Notes: generated by a model from the sequence alone, not told the origin. Positions 42,372-55,526 are shown, numbered from the stretch's first letter. The stretch is 64,000 nucleotides of DNA from Eledone cirrhosa (GCA_964016885.1 OZ024756.1:26474001-26538000), one strand, 5' to 3'. Made by a program: numbers and translations.

Positions 42372-42501
42372 TACAAAATTTGTTTTATAAATAGTAACAT
42401 AACCATGGAAAACAACCTTAACGGTTGAAAATTCGCAGTCCTGATTATATATATAATAAAATAATTATGGTTTTATAAATATAGTTTCCATTTATTAATA
42501 T

Positions 42502-42540
<39 letters not shown>

Positions 42541-43365
42541 TTATTTTATAGAAGGAGCTTCTACAGGACTAGTACTGTTTTATTCATTTCATCTCTCTAT
42601 ATATATATATATATATCCATATCCATAGAGACACACATGCTGGTAGGGAATTCAGAAGTATACTGGTGGGTGGGGCAAGGACTTGAATGTTGCACCTCCT
42701 CTCTGTTTCTTCAGGTTTGGGGTGGAAGGGGATAGATGGAGGTTGGGAGAGTGGAGCAGCAACATGCTGGCAGGCAGGGGCCATCCTCCTTGCCCTCATT
42801 TCAACCTGCGTGGGAAGGCAAGTCACCAGTTAACTCAGTCTTAGGTCATATCCTTTGTGTGGTTGGTCTTCACGACATCATTGTACATTTTCATTCATAT
42901 ATATACATATATATATATGGAGGCACATGGCTTAGTGGTTAGAGCATTGGCCTTGCAATCGAAAGGTTGTGAGTTCAATTCTCAGACCGGGTGATGTGTT
43001 GTTTCCATGAGCAAGACACTTTATTTCACATTGCTCCAGTTTACTCAGCTGTAGAAATGAGATGATAGGGACTGGGGTCCCTATCATTCCACTGCAAAGT
43101 GGACGTGGAGGTGCCACAGAAAAAAAAAAGCACCCAGCACTCACTGTAAAGTGGACCTGTAGGCGCCACGGAAAAAAAAAAGCACCCAGCACTCACTGTA
43201 AAGTGGACCTGTAGGCGCCACGGAAAAAAAAAAGGACCCAGCACTCACTGTAAATGAGGTTGGTGTTAGGAAGGGCATCCACCTGTAGAAATCAAGCCAG
43301 AATCAGTTCCCGTCCCACCCTTGAAGCAGGGAAAAAGCGGACGTAAAATGAAATGATGATGAAGA

Positions 43366-43406
<41 letters not shown>

Positions 43407-43408
<2 letters not shown>

Positions 43409-43736
43409 GTGTACCCCTGGCATTTGCAGTCCTGGTTATTCGTCGAATTTTCCTTAGAACCTAACTAATAACTGTTTGTGGAAACCACCACATATTGGTG
43501 GAATCGTAAATATCTTCCACAATTTTTTAATGGCTTTTTCGTGGCAATATATATATATTTTCACACTTTTTAATGCTAAATTATTAATAACAATATACCA
43601 TATTTGCCGGCCTATATTTTATGTTATGTTTTGACGTTTATAGGCATTTTTATGAACCATGTGCAATGTTCACAGTTTTTCACTCTTCGCGGGTGCTGTA
43701 GGAACATAACCCGAATCGAATCCTGGGGGACAACTG
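43407..43736. mobile_element. Tc1/pogo (Tigger-like) MITE
   Basis: Imperfect TIR cagtgtacccc...ggggacaactg followed by TA. Confidence 0.5.
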
Positions 43737-44005
43737 TATATATATATATGTATGTATGTATGTATAATTACATAATAAACAACACAATATAATTATTCCA
43801 TTACCAAAGGTTTCGAGAAACTAGTTAACATAGTTAACTATTTCATCTGCTGAACGGGCTGGACGTTTCTGTAAAGATCGTCTAATAATGGAATAATTAT
43901 ATTGTGTTGTTTATTCTGTAATTAAATAGCTCTGTACTATAGATAGAGCACTCTTCTTTCCTTTACCTTTTCTATGGAAATACTTAACACACATATATAT
44001 ATATA

Positions 44006-44061
<56 letters not shown>

Positions 44062-44099
44062 AACCCATGCTAGCGTGGAAGATAGATGTTAAACGATGA

Positions 44100-44139
<40 letters not shown>

Positions 44140-44208
44140 GCACACATCTTTATATAATGTATGAGTTTGTTGTGTTACATTCTGAACCCTATTGTTTCTC
44201 TTTGACAG

Positions 44209-44520
44209 GAAAGCCAGCCTAAAAAGTCCGACAACTTTATTGAGGACCCGGCCAAGCTACGAGAACAGCGGGCGGAGAAATTCAAATCTCAACATGGAGG
44301 CAACCATGGCTGGTCAGCAAAGGATCGGACAACAGAGGAGAAAGCGGTGCATGATGTTAAAGGCAAATCGAAAGGTCAAGGTCAAGGTCAGAGCCAGGAA
44401 GTGCTACATAACCGTCAATGGAAAGAGAAACACAAGGGATTCCGAGCCAATCATAACCGTAGAGCGATGGCTGATAGAAAGAGGAGCAAAGGTTTTGGAT
44501 TGCTTGGACCAATGAAATAA
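44209..44520 (+). CDS. ASCC2: ASCC2 exon 17 (last coding exon)
   Basis: NFIEDPAKLRE...KEKHKGFRANHNRRAMADRKRSKG, stop TAA at 44518-44520; spliced total 2352 nt. Confidence 0.95.
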   Translation, partial: ESQPKKSDNFIEDPAKLREQRAEKFKSQHGGNHGWSAKDRTTEEKAVHDVKGKSKGQGQGQSQEVLHNRQWKEKHKGFRANHNRRAMADRKRSKGFGLLGPMK

Positions 44521-44614
44521 TTCCTGTTTATAGACAACTTTGTTTGAACTGGTTATTAGAGTAATTATAAATATATTTTGACAGTTTGTTGGTCTTTCTA
44601 TTTATTTATTAATT

Positions 44615-45600
44615 GGTGCCACGTGTATCACTGGTACCAAAAATAATACTACTACCTCATGTATCACTGTGGTGCCACATGTGTTACTGTGGTATCACTG
44701 CTACCACATGTGTTACTGTGGTACCACGTGTTACTGTAGTATCACTGCTACCACGTGTTACTGCGGTACCACATGTATCACTGGTACCACGTGTTACTGT
44801 GGTATCATTGCTACCACATGTGTTACTGTGGTACCACATGTATCACTGGTGCCACATGTGTTACTGTGGTATCACTGCTACCACATGTGTTACTGTGGTA
44901 CCACGTGTTACTGTAGTATCACTGCTACCACGTGTTACTGCGGTACCACATGTATCACTGGTACCATGTGTTACTGTGGTATCATTGCTACCACATGTGT
45001 TACTGTGGTACCACATGTATCACTGGTACCACGTGTTACTGTGGTATCACTGCTACCACATGTGTTACTGTGGTACCACGTGTTACTGTAGTATCACTGC
45101 TACCACGTGTTACTGCGGTACCACATGTATCACTGGTACCACGTGTTACTGTGGTATCATTGCTACCACATGTGTTACTGTGGTACCACATGTATCACTG
45201 GTGCCACATGTGTTACTGTGGTATCACTGCTACCACATGTGTTACTGTGGTACCACGTGTTACTGTAGTATCACTGCTACCACGTGTTACTGCGGTACCA
45301 CATGTATCACTGGTACCATGTGTTACTGTGGTATCATTGCTACCACATGTGTTACTGTGGTACCACATGTATCACTGGTACCACGTGTTACTGTAGTATC
45401 ACTGCTGCCACATGTGTTACTGCGGTACCACATGTGTTACTGTGATATCACTGGTACCACGCGTTACTGTAGTATCATTGCTACCACAAATAATACTGCT
45501 GCCACATGTGTCACTCTGGTACTACATGTGTTACTGTGGTATCAGTGCTGCCACATATATCCCGAGTACCACAAGTACCAGCAATACATGTGCTACCACC
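44615..45600. repeat. Palindrome-rich minisatellite with 177/175-bp higher-order period
   Basis: Marker ctgcgg at 44761, 44938, 45113, 45290; units built of cacgtg, cacatgtg, ggtacc. Confidence 0.93.
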
Positions 45601-46414
45601 ATGGTGGTCATGTTACAGTTATTAAATTGTTAATGTTGGGAGAAATGTTATCATTTCTTCTTCAATCTCTTCCACTGTTGCAGTTTCATTTTTTTGTGGA
45701 AAAATTTGGTAAGGGTGGGCTGTTCTATATATTTGGGTGTGTGTATCTCACTGTCTGGCAGTATACGTGTGTGTGTGTGTGTCTGTCAGTATAAAATATG
45801 TTTGTGTGTGTGTGTGTGTGTGTGTCTGCCACTCTCTTTGTTTGATATTCTGTGTCTATATCTAACAGTATATGTGTCTGTGACCATGTGTGTACATGTC
45901 TCTCTTTGTGTATGTGTCCTTATCTACCTGCCTACTTATGTATGCTAGTATGTATGTGTGTGTGTGTGTGTGTGTGCGTGTGCCTCTGTCTACCAATATG
46001 TGCATATATGTCTCTGGTGCCATTGTGTGTATGTATAAGACTGTAAAAGTAAAAGTGACATTTGATGAGCTTATATAGTGTTATATGCTGCTGCTGCTGA
46101 TGATGATGATGATTACAGTGTCACACCCCTGTAACCTCCTTCCTATTTGTTACTCCCCCAATTTTTTCTGGTTTACACCATGTGGGTTTCTATGATTCTC
46201 TTGGACTGTGCTATCAACATGTTGCTTTTCCTGTGTCTGCTGCAAATAGAAGGATAGAACACAGTAGAATTATAACATTCTAGCATCTTTAGAGAACGAG
46301 AGGTGTTTTGGTTAAGTTGTTGGGCTGTAAAAATATCAAGGACATAAACCACCACACCCTCTAGTGTTGGTGCCACTATAACAAGCATACAGTACACTCC
46401 ATAAAGTGGCTAGC

Positions 46415-46705
46415 ATTAAGTCTAAGTCTAAAGTCTGTCTCAAGCCTGGAGACTCATCAGGCCAGTGCTTATTCCCATTTCCATGGCATTAAGTGACAGA
46501 GTACAATACTCCCCCCTGGACAGGATGCCAGTCCATTGCATGGTTAAACTCCCAGCTCTTGCTGGTACTCATTTTCAGTTGAGTATACCTAAGCAACATG
46601 AAATGAAGTGTTTTGCTCAAGAACACAACACACAACCCAGTCCAGGAATTGAACCCACAACATTATGGTCATAAATCCAACACACTTACCACTAGGCCAC
46701 GCGCT
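46415..46705 (-). mobile_element. tRNA-derived SINE with CORE-like middle and (ttagac)n-like tail (second copy at 36325-36575)
   Basis: Minus strand: gcgcgtggcctagtggtaag..gggttcaattcc..cttgagcaaaacactt. Confidence 0.75.
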
Positions 46706-47094
46706 TTCATCTGGCATTAATACGGACATCCATTAACTGGTATTCATTCTTTCAGCCACCCAGCTGAAGATAAGGTGTAGCAATCAATAGTTTTGGGGCA
46801 GTCCAAGAATTGGGAATGAAATTGTGAGGTTAATGTGCCCAGAGTGTATACTGGTGAAACAACTGGGAGTAGAAAAACTTTTTTTTCCTGGACAGGACAC
46901 CAAACCATCACAGGGTTCAGTTCCAGTTGGTGATGCTTGTACATATCAACTGGAAGTGAAATATTTTGCTCTAAAAAATATACTCAACCCATTACTGGAA
47001 TTTAACATGACCTTATAATTGAGAGCCTAACCACTAAGCTATGTGCCTTTGCTGTAAGAATAAGCTAATATATACATACATACATACATATATA

Positions 47095-47720
47095 TATAAG
47101 AGAGTATTGAAGTTTGCTTGAAGCATTGTGGAATAATAAGATTTATTTTCTTTTGGTTGTTTTGGAAGCCTCAACAATGCAGATGGGTAATTCTCCGGGT
47201 AACAAGATCTGGTAGTGAAGAAAGAGATGTGGGTAATTCTCCGGGTAACAAGATCTGGTAGTGAAGAGAGAGATGTGGGTAATTCTCCGGGTAACAAGAT
47301 CTGGTAGTGAAGAGAGAGATGTAATGAATGTAGAATGAGATGTATAGTGTGTAGAAGGAAAGAGCGTAAAAAAAAAACGAACAGCAGAGGACACGTACCG
47401 CTCCTCTCCAACAGATAACCTTTCCCCCCCCCGGAAAACGCCCCAGTTGATGGATGTGAATCTGAAATATAGGGACAATTAAATCTCTCCCAAGGTAACT
47501 CTATCTCGTGTTATTATATATATATATATTTTTTTTTTACGCTCTTTCCTACGTTCTACACACTATACATCTCATTCTACATTCCCTTACATCTCTCTCT
47601 TCACCACCGGATTCTGTTACCCGGAGAATTACCCACATCTCTCTCTTCACTACCAGATCTTGTTACCCGGAGAATTACCCATCTTCATTGTTGAGGCTTC
47701 CAAAACGACCAAAAGAAAAA
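47095..47720. mobile_element. Fold-back element family D with internal ~45-bp tandem duplication
   Basis: Arms ~47146-47377 and 47528-47720; three versus two repeat units; hammerhead-like motif at 47441-47474. Confidence 0.75.
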
Positions 47721-47734
47721 ATATATATATATAT

Positions 47735-47920
47735 ATATAGAAATGGCTTCTACAGGACTAGAATTATTTCATTTGGGAGAAATCATCAGGAAGCCCTGAT
47801 GATTTCTACTGAATGAAACAGTTCTAGTCCTGTAGAAGCCATTTCTATATTAAATATTTATACTCTGCTATGTATTGAGTACCTTACTTACTGTGGTTAC
47901 CCCTGATTGAACCCCAGATA
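47735..47920 (+). mobile_element. Fold-back element family B with two opposed hammerhead motifs
   Basis: Minus-strand motif 47745-47795 has stem I GGCUUC/GAAGCC; plus-strand motif 47796-47840 has intact stem III. Confidence 0.78.
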
Positions 47921-49384
47921 AACTTATATATATATATACATACACACACATATATATATAGTGAGTATAATCGAAGTTGCTGCTGTGATTAGCAGTTTCA
48001 AAATCTATTTTATATATAAAAAAATCAAGATTTGCACCAAGAAAAATATAGACTTCTTGTTGCAATACTTGCTTATATTATACACTCCGTGATCTTTTCT
48101 GGACCTATACACTGTATTCCCCTGCTTCGATATTTATGCTACACAAGTCAAAGGATACCGTCGAGTCACATTCTCTGGTAAGCAGTTATCTTGTTTAAGC
48201 ATTCATTCTTGATATACATAAAGAAAACCTGATCTACCCTCACATATATATATATATATAAATATGTTACCATATCTGGAGTTGTTTTAAATTGGGTGAC
48301 ATCAACTTCACTGTAGGAGTGGGTTCGCTTCACTGGGGATAGAAAACAACACTCAATGTATTTCACTGTGAGTATGCAAAGGACTGAGGCCATGCTGGGG
48401 CTTTTTTTTATCAATCTCTGTTTATCAAGCCGTTATATTATGGGGGGAGGGGGGGGGGGGGCATGTAAACAATATAAATACAGACATTGACACACACATA
48501 CATACATGTATGTGTGTATATATGGAGAGATGCCGTGCTTAATAAGACCTGTCCCGCCCTTGCAAGCAGGGAAAAGCGGACGTATGATGATGACATGTAT
48601 ACACACATACATATATACATACATGTACACATACATACACACATACATACATTTTCTTGTACTGGTTTCAGTCATTAATCTTTAACATGCTGTTGGCGAC
48701 AATAGAATATTCTCCCTTTAAAACAGATTCAGTGTCAAGGAAGCAATTCATAAAAAATTAAAGTGAAGCCATACTTGAGTATCCCTTTGATTTAGACGAT
48801 TATATGGACCCCAGTACTTATTTTATCGATCCCTATTTGTCTAACCATTACGTTACAGCCCATAGACACAGGCATAGCCGTCTTTGGTGTGATTGCAATA
48901 GTTAGTGATTACATCCTAATCAGGTTTAATTCAGCAGCGTTGTGATTAAAGACATCCCAATCATGACTATCGCACCTTTTGTATTTTATTTCAAACCTAG
49001 TGTACCCGGGACTACATTAACCAATGTTTGTTTGTTTGTTTAGACAATTGAATTTATTTTCAACAATATATCTAGCAATATTTAGTGGATTGGCAGAATC
49101 GGTAGAGCATCAAACACCATGCTTTGCAGCATAGAGTTATGGCCCTTTATGTTCTGAGTTCAAATCCTGCCAAGCTTAGCTTTGCCTTTCATCCTTACGG
49201 GGTCGATAAAATAAAGTACCAGTAATGCACTGAGATAATTGCTGGCCTTGTGCCGACAAGTAGAAACAATATTTAGTTCTTTTTAGTACCCTATTTTCTT
49301 TTTGTTATTTTAAGACAAAGTTGTCTCCCTTGCTAATTGAACTCTCGTCTTGGCCTGTAATAGCTGTGATTAAATCATAATTTA

Positions 49385-49610
49385 TGTGCGGTCACAAACC
49401 TGGATACTGCCACCTGTAATACAGAGGATAGGTAGATAGCTAAATACCAGGATTTGATCAACCGCTTCCTTTTCGTGCTGCTTGATGTCGAGACAAATGG
49501 TGTCCTCAGTCTCCAAACTGCCATTTTCCTCTGCAAAACAAGGGTGAAGTGCATCGTGCCTGAGGTGGAGTGGTTGATGCAGCATGTGTCACTAGCTATT
49601 TACCATTTTA
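49385..49610 (+). pseudogene. Old CRE-like endonuclease fragment
   Basis: AKYQDL..FLFV..VETNGV..WLMQHVSLAI resembles 17680-17860. Confidence 0.5.
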
Positions 49611-50014
49611 AACGAGGAGTGCAGCTGAGGTATGACATGTAGATTGGGAGGGTGGTAGAACCTTTCCACACCCTTTCCCTTTCACTATTCAATTTTTTCA
49701 CTTTTTTAACCCTTTAGCATTTAAACCAGCTTGTATCCAACCAGAATTCTCTCACCTCTTTCTGTTCAAACCGGCTGTAACTGACCACTCATACTTATGT
49801 TAAGGAATTGTTCACAAAATAAATATCAGAATTTCATAGATTCGCTATTATGTAAGATAAAGCTTTTACCTATATATAGAGAGAGTAATGTAAATGCTAA
49901 AGTGTTAATTAACATTATAAGATTGACTCACCTATTTGAGGTAATGGAGTTAACTCCGCCTCTGCAAATACACACAAAATATATTTTTATTAATAAAATC
50001 TTCAAATGAAACAC

Positions 50015-50628
50015 TAGATACATGAGTTATACCAAGGTACAAAGATACATGTTATACCAAGGTACAAAGATACATGTTAAACCAGGGTGCAAAGATACAT
50101 GTTATACTAAGGTACAAAGACCAGGATGCAAAGATACATGTTATACCAAGACACAAGGATACATGTTAGACCAGGGTGCAAAGATACATGTACTAAGGTA
50201 CAAAGATGCATGTTAGACCAGGGTGCAAAGATACATGTACTAAGGTACAAAGATGCATGTTAGACCAGGGTGCAAAGATACATGTACTAAGGTACAAAGA
50301 TGCATGTTAGACCAGGGTGCAAAGATACATGTACTAAGGTACAAAGATACATGTTAGACCAGGGTGCAAAGATACATGTACTAAGGTACAAAGATGCATG
50401 TTAGACCAGGGTGCAAAGATACATGTACTAAGGTACAAAGATGCATGTTAGACCAGGGTGCAAAGATACATGTACTAAGGTACAAAGATACATGTTAGAC
50501 CAGGGTGAAAAGATACATGTTGTATTAAGGTACAAAGATACATCAGTTATACCAAGGCACAAAGATACATGAGTTATACTAAGGTACAAAGATACATGTT
50601 ATACCAAAGTACAAAATTACATGTTATA
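50015..50628. repeat. 47-bp minisatellite built from two ~23-bp subunits
   Basis: Unit gttagaccagggtgcaaagatacatgtactaaggtacaaagatRcat. Confidence 0.95.
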
Positions 50629-51714
50629 CTATATTTTTAGAGTTTGTGTCTGTGATAAGAAGTCTGGATCACTGGAACATGAGTAATGGACAAAATGTAC
50701 GAGGTGTGGACATTTTTACCATGAGTATAAAAAACTGGATAGGAGATGTTATTTGCTGGAGAGTGTTGTTCAGAGATTTTTGTTTTATCTGTCAGTAAAA
50801 CCCAGCATTTCTCAATAGAAAATGTGAAGTAGACTTTAAAACAATGGTGGTCATATAACAAAAAGTTGGATAAAGGATTTCCTGTTTGTAGTGTTGAAGA
50901 ATGTGTGGACTGAAAGGTCAGCTGATGCAACTGTATGTCTATAGTTTTGTCTTATTTAATTATACCTGTATCACATACATATATACCTACACACACACAC
51001 ACAAACATATGTATATACATTCATACATACATACATGCAGAGATAGGTACACACATATGTACATATATACATACATATGTATGTACATATCAACCATTAT
51101 TTGATCACTTATCCCTACTGCTTTACAGCAGCCAACAGAACAAATAATTTCCCTACTCAAATATAAAAGTTTTCAGCTTATGTATGATGAAATACACATA
51201 TTTTTGCTGTAAGTAATTTAATCTATGGCCATATCATAGCTGCTTTAGTATTGAGCTAGGAGTGGTATATACACATATCCTGGAACTATTAAATCCTTGT
51301 TAGCACTTGATTATCAAACATTGAGGCATGATAGGTTTTAAAGTCTTGTAAATTCTCTAAACTAAACTAGTCCAGTTTTTATATATAGTACATTTTTCCA
51401 TGCTAGCATGAATTAGACAAGTTGTCCAGTTGTGAGTTAAGTCAAGTAAGATGACCGTGTTTTGCTCATACAGAAATGTTTCTGGTTGATTTTTACAGCT
51501 TTTTATTGTGGTACCAAGACTACCACTCTTCAGTGTAGACCGGGACTGTGTGTTTTTGTTGTGTAAATGCTGCCTTGTTAAAATAATTCCAGTACACATC
51601 AGGAATGGCATCTGGCCGTAAAAACCAAGCCAAAAACAAAGCATATAGAAGGAGTGTTGAACTGACCTGCATAACCAATGCAAGCGTGGAAAATAGATAT
51701 TAAACAATGATGAC

Positions 51715-51745
<31 letters not shown>

Positions 51746-51756
51746 CACACACGCAG

Positions 51757-52565
51757 TTCTTCCTCTTTTATGTACCCATAGTTTGCATTTGGAACATAGA
51801 ATGGAATTTCTGCCTACTATTTTCTTACACACTGAGCATGGCTATTTCCCAGAAGGCACCTGTGCCCTATTCTCCTTTCTACATACTAGAACCTTAGTCT
51901 TAGACAAGTTAACTCTAAGGCCTTTTGATTCTAGGCCATGCTTCCATGTTTGGAACTTCTCTAGTTCAGCCATAGATTCAGCTATGAGAGTTAGATCATC
52001 TGCATATAGAAGTTTTCATGGGCAGCCAGTCTTAAACCCTTCTGTTATAGCCTGTAGAACAATAATAAACAGGAGGGGTCTAAGGACAGAGCCCTGGTGA
52101 ACCCCTACTATTATGCTAAATTCTTCACTATATTCTTCATTAATTCTAACCTCCATTAATTCTCCATGGCTCGTATAGCTCTCACAAGCCACTCATCTAC
52201 TCCTAGTTTTCTAAGATCCCACCAGATAATGGTGCGGGGGACTCTGTCAAAGGCTTTCTCCAAGTCAACAAAAGCTAAGTATAGGAGTTTACTTTTAGCT
52301 AGGTACTTCTCCTGTTGTTGCCGTACAAGGAAAAGAACATCCGTGGTGCTTTTACCTGGCACAAACCCAAACTGCATTTCATCTAGATCAATTCGGTCTC
52401 TAATCAGTTGAGCAATAACTCTTTCTGTGACTTTCATGACCTAGTCAACTAACTTAATGCCTCTATAGTTTCCTCTATCCAGGGCGTCTCCTTTGCCCTT
52501 GTAACAGTTAACGATGATGCTGCTATGCCAGTCATTTGGTATGACCCCATTTTGTATTACTTGGT
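51757..52565 (-). pseudogene. Decayed RTE RT plus PHD-like finger
   Basis: Homologous to 4405-5215; has frameshifts. Confidence 0.88.
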
Positions 52566-52597
52566 TCTGTCTTTCTATATATATATGTGTATATATT

Positions 52598-52644
<47 letters not shown>

Positions 52645-52691
52645 ATTTATATATATATATATCTATGTTTATATATATATGTATGTTTATA

Positions 52692-54064
52692 TAGTTTTGC
52701 GAGGTTTTTTTATATGAAATCGTGTGTCGAAACAAATATTGTTATACTTGGGGAGGGTCATATTTGTGTAATATTGCCAGAATTAATAACAGAACACACT
52801 CACTGTTTGGTTGGTTTTCGCTTCTCGCTGTCTTTTATATCGGTAATCTAACTTACTCGGTCCTCAATGCTGCCATTGACTGACCGACGGTCAAAAGTAA
52901 TAAGATACAATATAGACACAAACACATATATATAGTTTATCATAAATCTTTCGTTGCACATCTGCAACATCGTCAGTGGTGTTATATTTTCCTCCTGTTG
53001 TGTTGTATGTCTACGCCATTTTTTTTTTATTCAGTCTGTCTATATATTTATTTATTTATTTGCTTGTTTGTTTATTTTATTTTGTCTTCTTTGCGCATGC
53101 GTTTGCGTGTGTGTATAGTGTTATGTTTGCTGTGTGATGGGTGACTAGTGTGTGTTTATGTGCTTGTTGTTATTGTGCTTGTGTATGTATTTATTTATCT
53201 TATTTTATTTACTTATTTATACTTCTCTTAGGTCAGTGTTGTTTGTTTGGGTGTTGTTGTTATTCCATTCATTCTTTCTGTTTAGCTTTGGTCTTCTAAT
53301 TTCTATTTCACTGGCCTCTCTGATTTGCCTATCTGCTGGGTCATTTCTATGTTTAGATATTATTCTAATTTCTATGTTGTCTATGTTACCGTCATGTTGT
53401 TGTCTAGCATGTTCGTATAGTACTGACCCGTTTTTTCGTCCTTTTAGTTCCCCCCAGTGTTGGTCTATCCTTTCACCTATGCTCCGAGCTGTCTCACCTA
53501 TGTATGTTGTTGTCATCTTTCTGCAAGTACCCTCTGTACATCTTATGCTATAGACTACGTTTCTAGTTTTACAGTTTATCCGGGGGTTCACCTTACATAT
53601 GATACATTTCCTATTGGTACAGTAGGTTTTCTTAAAAGGGTAGGTTTTGCTGATCAGGGATTTTATGGTGGTTCCTGGCTTTTCTACCACCTTTATTTTT
53701 AAGTGGGTCTTTCTCAGGGCCTTTCTACACTGGTTAGCTAATTTCCCTCCAGGGGTGGCGTCCACAAACATAACACTCTGGTATCTCTGGTTGTCGTACC
53801 ATGATGTGGCTTTCCTTATCTTATGTCTAGCCCTATCTAAGCTATTCCATGATTTGCTCCTGTATAATGGGCAAATTCCTTTCATGTCCAGTTCTATGAG
53901 GGTCTTATACTTTTCCATGGCTCCTTCGTATACTCTGACTCTGTCTCTTTGGTTGTAGCCAGAGAACTGCATGCGGTTGATGAAGTGTTGGATGTGTCTT
54001 TCCATTTCTGTTATTAATTTTGGCAATATTACACAAATATGACCCTCCCCAAGTATAACAATAT
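52692..54064 (-). mobile_element. 5'-truncated Penelope-like retroelement with inverted 5' pLTR segment and hammerhead (52939-52980)
   Basis: GIY-YIG ORF; 54006-54064 is the reverse complement of 52737-52795; ~45-nt one-sided tail; both ends in (TA)n. Confidence 0.92.
53217..54005 (-). CDS. PLE polyprotein C-terminus: RT thumb, Cys linker and GIY-YIG endonuclease (truncated)
   Basis: [57 protein letters not shown]. Confidence 0.9.
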   Translation of the reverse strand: MERHIQHFINRMQFSGYNQRDRVRVYEGAMEKYKTLIELDMKGICPLYRSKSWNSLDRARHKIRKATSWYDNQRYQSVMFVDATPGGKLANQCRKALRKTHLKIKVVEKPGTTIKSLISKTYPFKKTYCTNRKCIICKVNPRINCKTRNVVYSIRCTEGTCRKMTTTYIGETARSIGERIDQHWGELKGRKNGSVLYEHARQQHDGNIDNIEIRIISKHRNDPADRQIREASEIEIRRPKLNRKNEWNNNNTQTNNTDLREV

Positions 54065-54207
54065 ATGTTTATATATATATATGTGTATATGTTTATATTT
54101 ATATATGTGTGTATATATTTATATTTATATATGTGTGTGTATATGTTTATATTTATATATATATGTTTATATATGTTTATATATATAAATGTGTATATAT
54201 ATATTTG

Positions 54208-54274
54208 TTTTATCTGATGAAAACACAAATATTATTGCATGATGATGTTTGTTTTTGAAATGCGCATAATAAAA
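54208..54274 (+). ncRNA. Family A hammerhead
   Basis: Identical by eye to 18919-18985. Confidence 0.85.
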
Positions 54275-54306
54275 TACATGGAACTCCTTTAACCATCTTT
54301 TGATCT

Positions 54307-54346
<40 letters not shown>

Positions 54347-54393
54347 ATGTGTGTATTTATACATATATATATATATATGTGTGTCTGTATATT

Positions 54394-54424
<31 letters not shown>

Positions 54425-54441
54425 ATTTATATATAAATATA

Positions 54442-54480
<39 letters not shown>

Positions 54481-55304
54481 TAATAATAATTATGGAAACC
54501 ATATGTAGTTGATGAACAAGAGAAAAGAGTACTCAATACAGAAATAGAGTTTAAATATTCTTTTATTATGACTAAGTAGTGGGTCTTGTCATTGTGGAGT
54601 GTCTTACCTGATATACATATAAATACATATGTATATGACACGATAAAAAGGCTCCCAGTCTACACTGTAAATGTGGTTGGTGTTAGGAAAGGCAATCCAC
54701 CCGTAGAAATCCTGCCAGATACAGTCCTATACGAGCAAGACACAGTCACCTGATCAATCTTGCCTCAAGTGGGTTAGAACTTATATACATATATATATAT
54801 ATATATCATCATTTCATTTTACGTCCGCTTTTTCCCTGCTTGCAAGGGTGGGACGGGAACTGATTCTGGCTTGATTTCTACAGCTGGATGCCCTTCCTAA
54901 CACCAACCTCATTTACAGTGAGTGCTGGGTGCTTTTTTGCCGTGGCACCTGCACGACCACTTTGCAGTGGAATGATATGGACCCCAGTCCCTATCATCTC
55001 ATTTCTACAGCTGAGTAAACTGGAGCAATGTGAAATAAAGTGTCTTGCTCAAGGAAACAACACATCGCCCGGTCTGAGAATTGAACTCACAACCTTTCGA
55101 TTGCAAGGCCAATGCTTATATATATATATACAGTAAAATAGCGGAGTAAAGGACTCGCGTATAATTCTGTAATTTAATGAGCTCAAAGGAAAAAGTTTTC
55201 CTGGACACTTCCTCTTTATATTATATATATATATATGCATATATATATATCTATATATATATATATATACATACATATATATATATACATACATATATAT
55301 ATAT

Positions 55305-55351
<47 letters not shown>

Positions 55352-55483
55352 ATTAAAAAAATAATGAATAAAACAATGAAACAGTTCCTTATATTAAACA
55401 AAAAAAGTTCATTATTTAACGATCGTTTCTAGGACATATATGTGTTAGAACACTACCGTAAACTCTTGGTAGATTTATCTACA

Positions 55484-55526
<43 letters not shown>

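Noticed and set aside
44613-45794. 393-aa Cys/Thr/Val ORF as a metallothionein- or keratin-like gene
   Set aside because: It is a minisatellite translation open in several frames, with no ATG-led unique region.
46440-46465. CUGAUGA on the minus strand (also 36360-36372) as a hammerhead
   Set aside because: No GAAA or stem III follows; it is part of a SINE 3' tail.
48270-48395. Possible exon (MASVLCILTVKYIECCF... on minus, or a plus-strand gtgagt donor)
   Set aside because: No recognisable homology or partner exons; cannot be supported.
50637-50930. 97-aa minus-strand ORF in non-repetitive sequence
   Set aside because: No motif or splice evidence; the length is compatible with chance.
52990-54005. 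Selenoprotein/SECIS signal in the Penelope-like element
   Set aside because: No in-frame TGA in the retained ORF and no AUGA..AA..GA stem seen in its 3' UTR.
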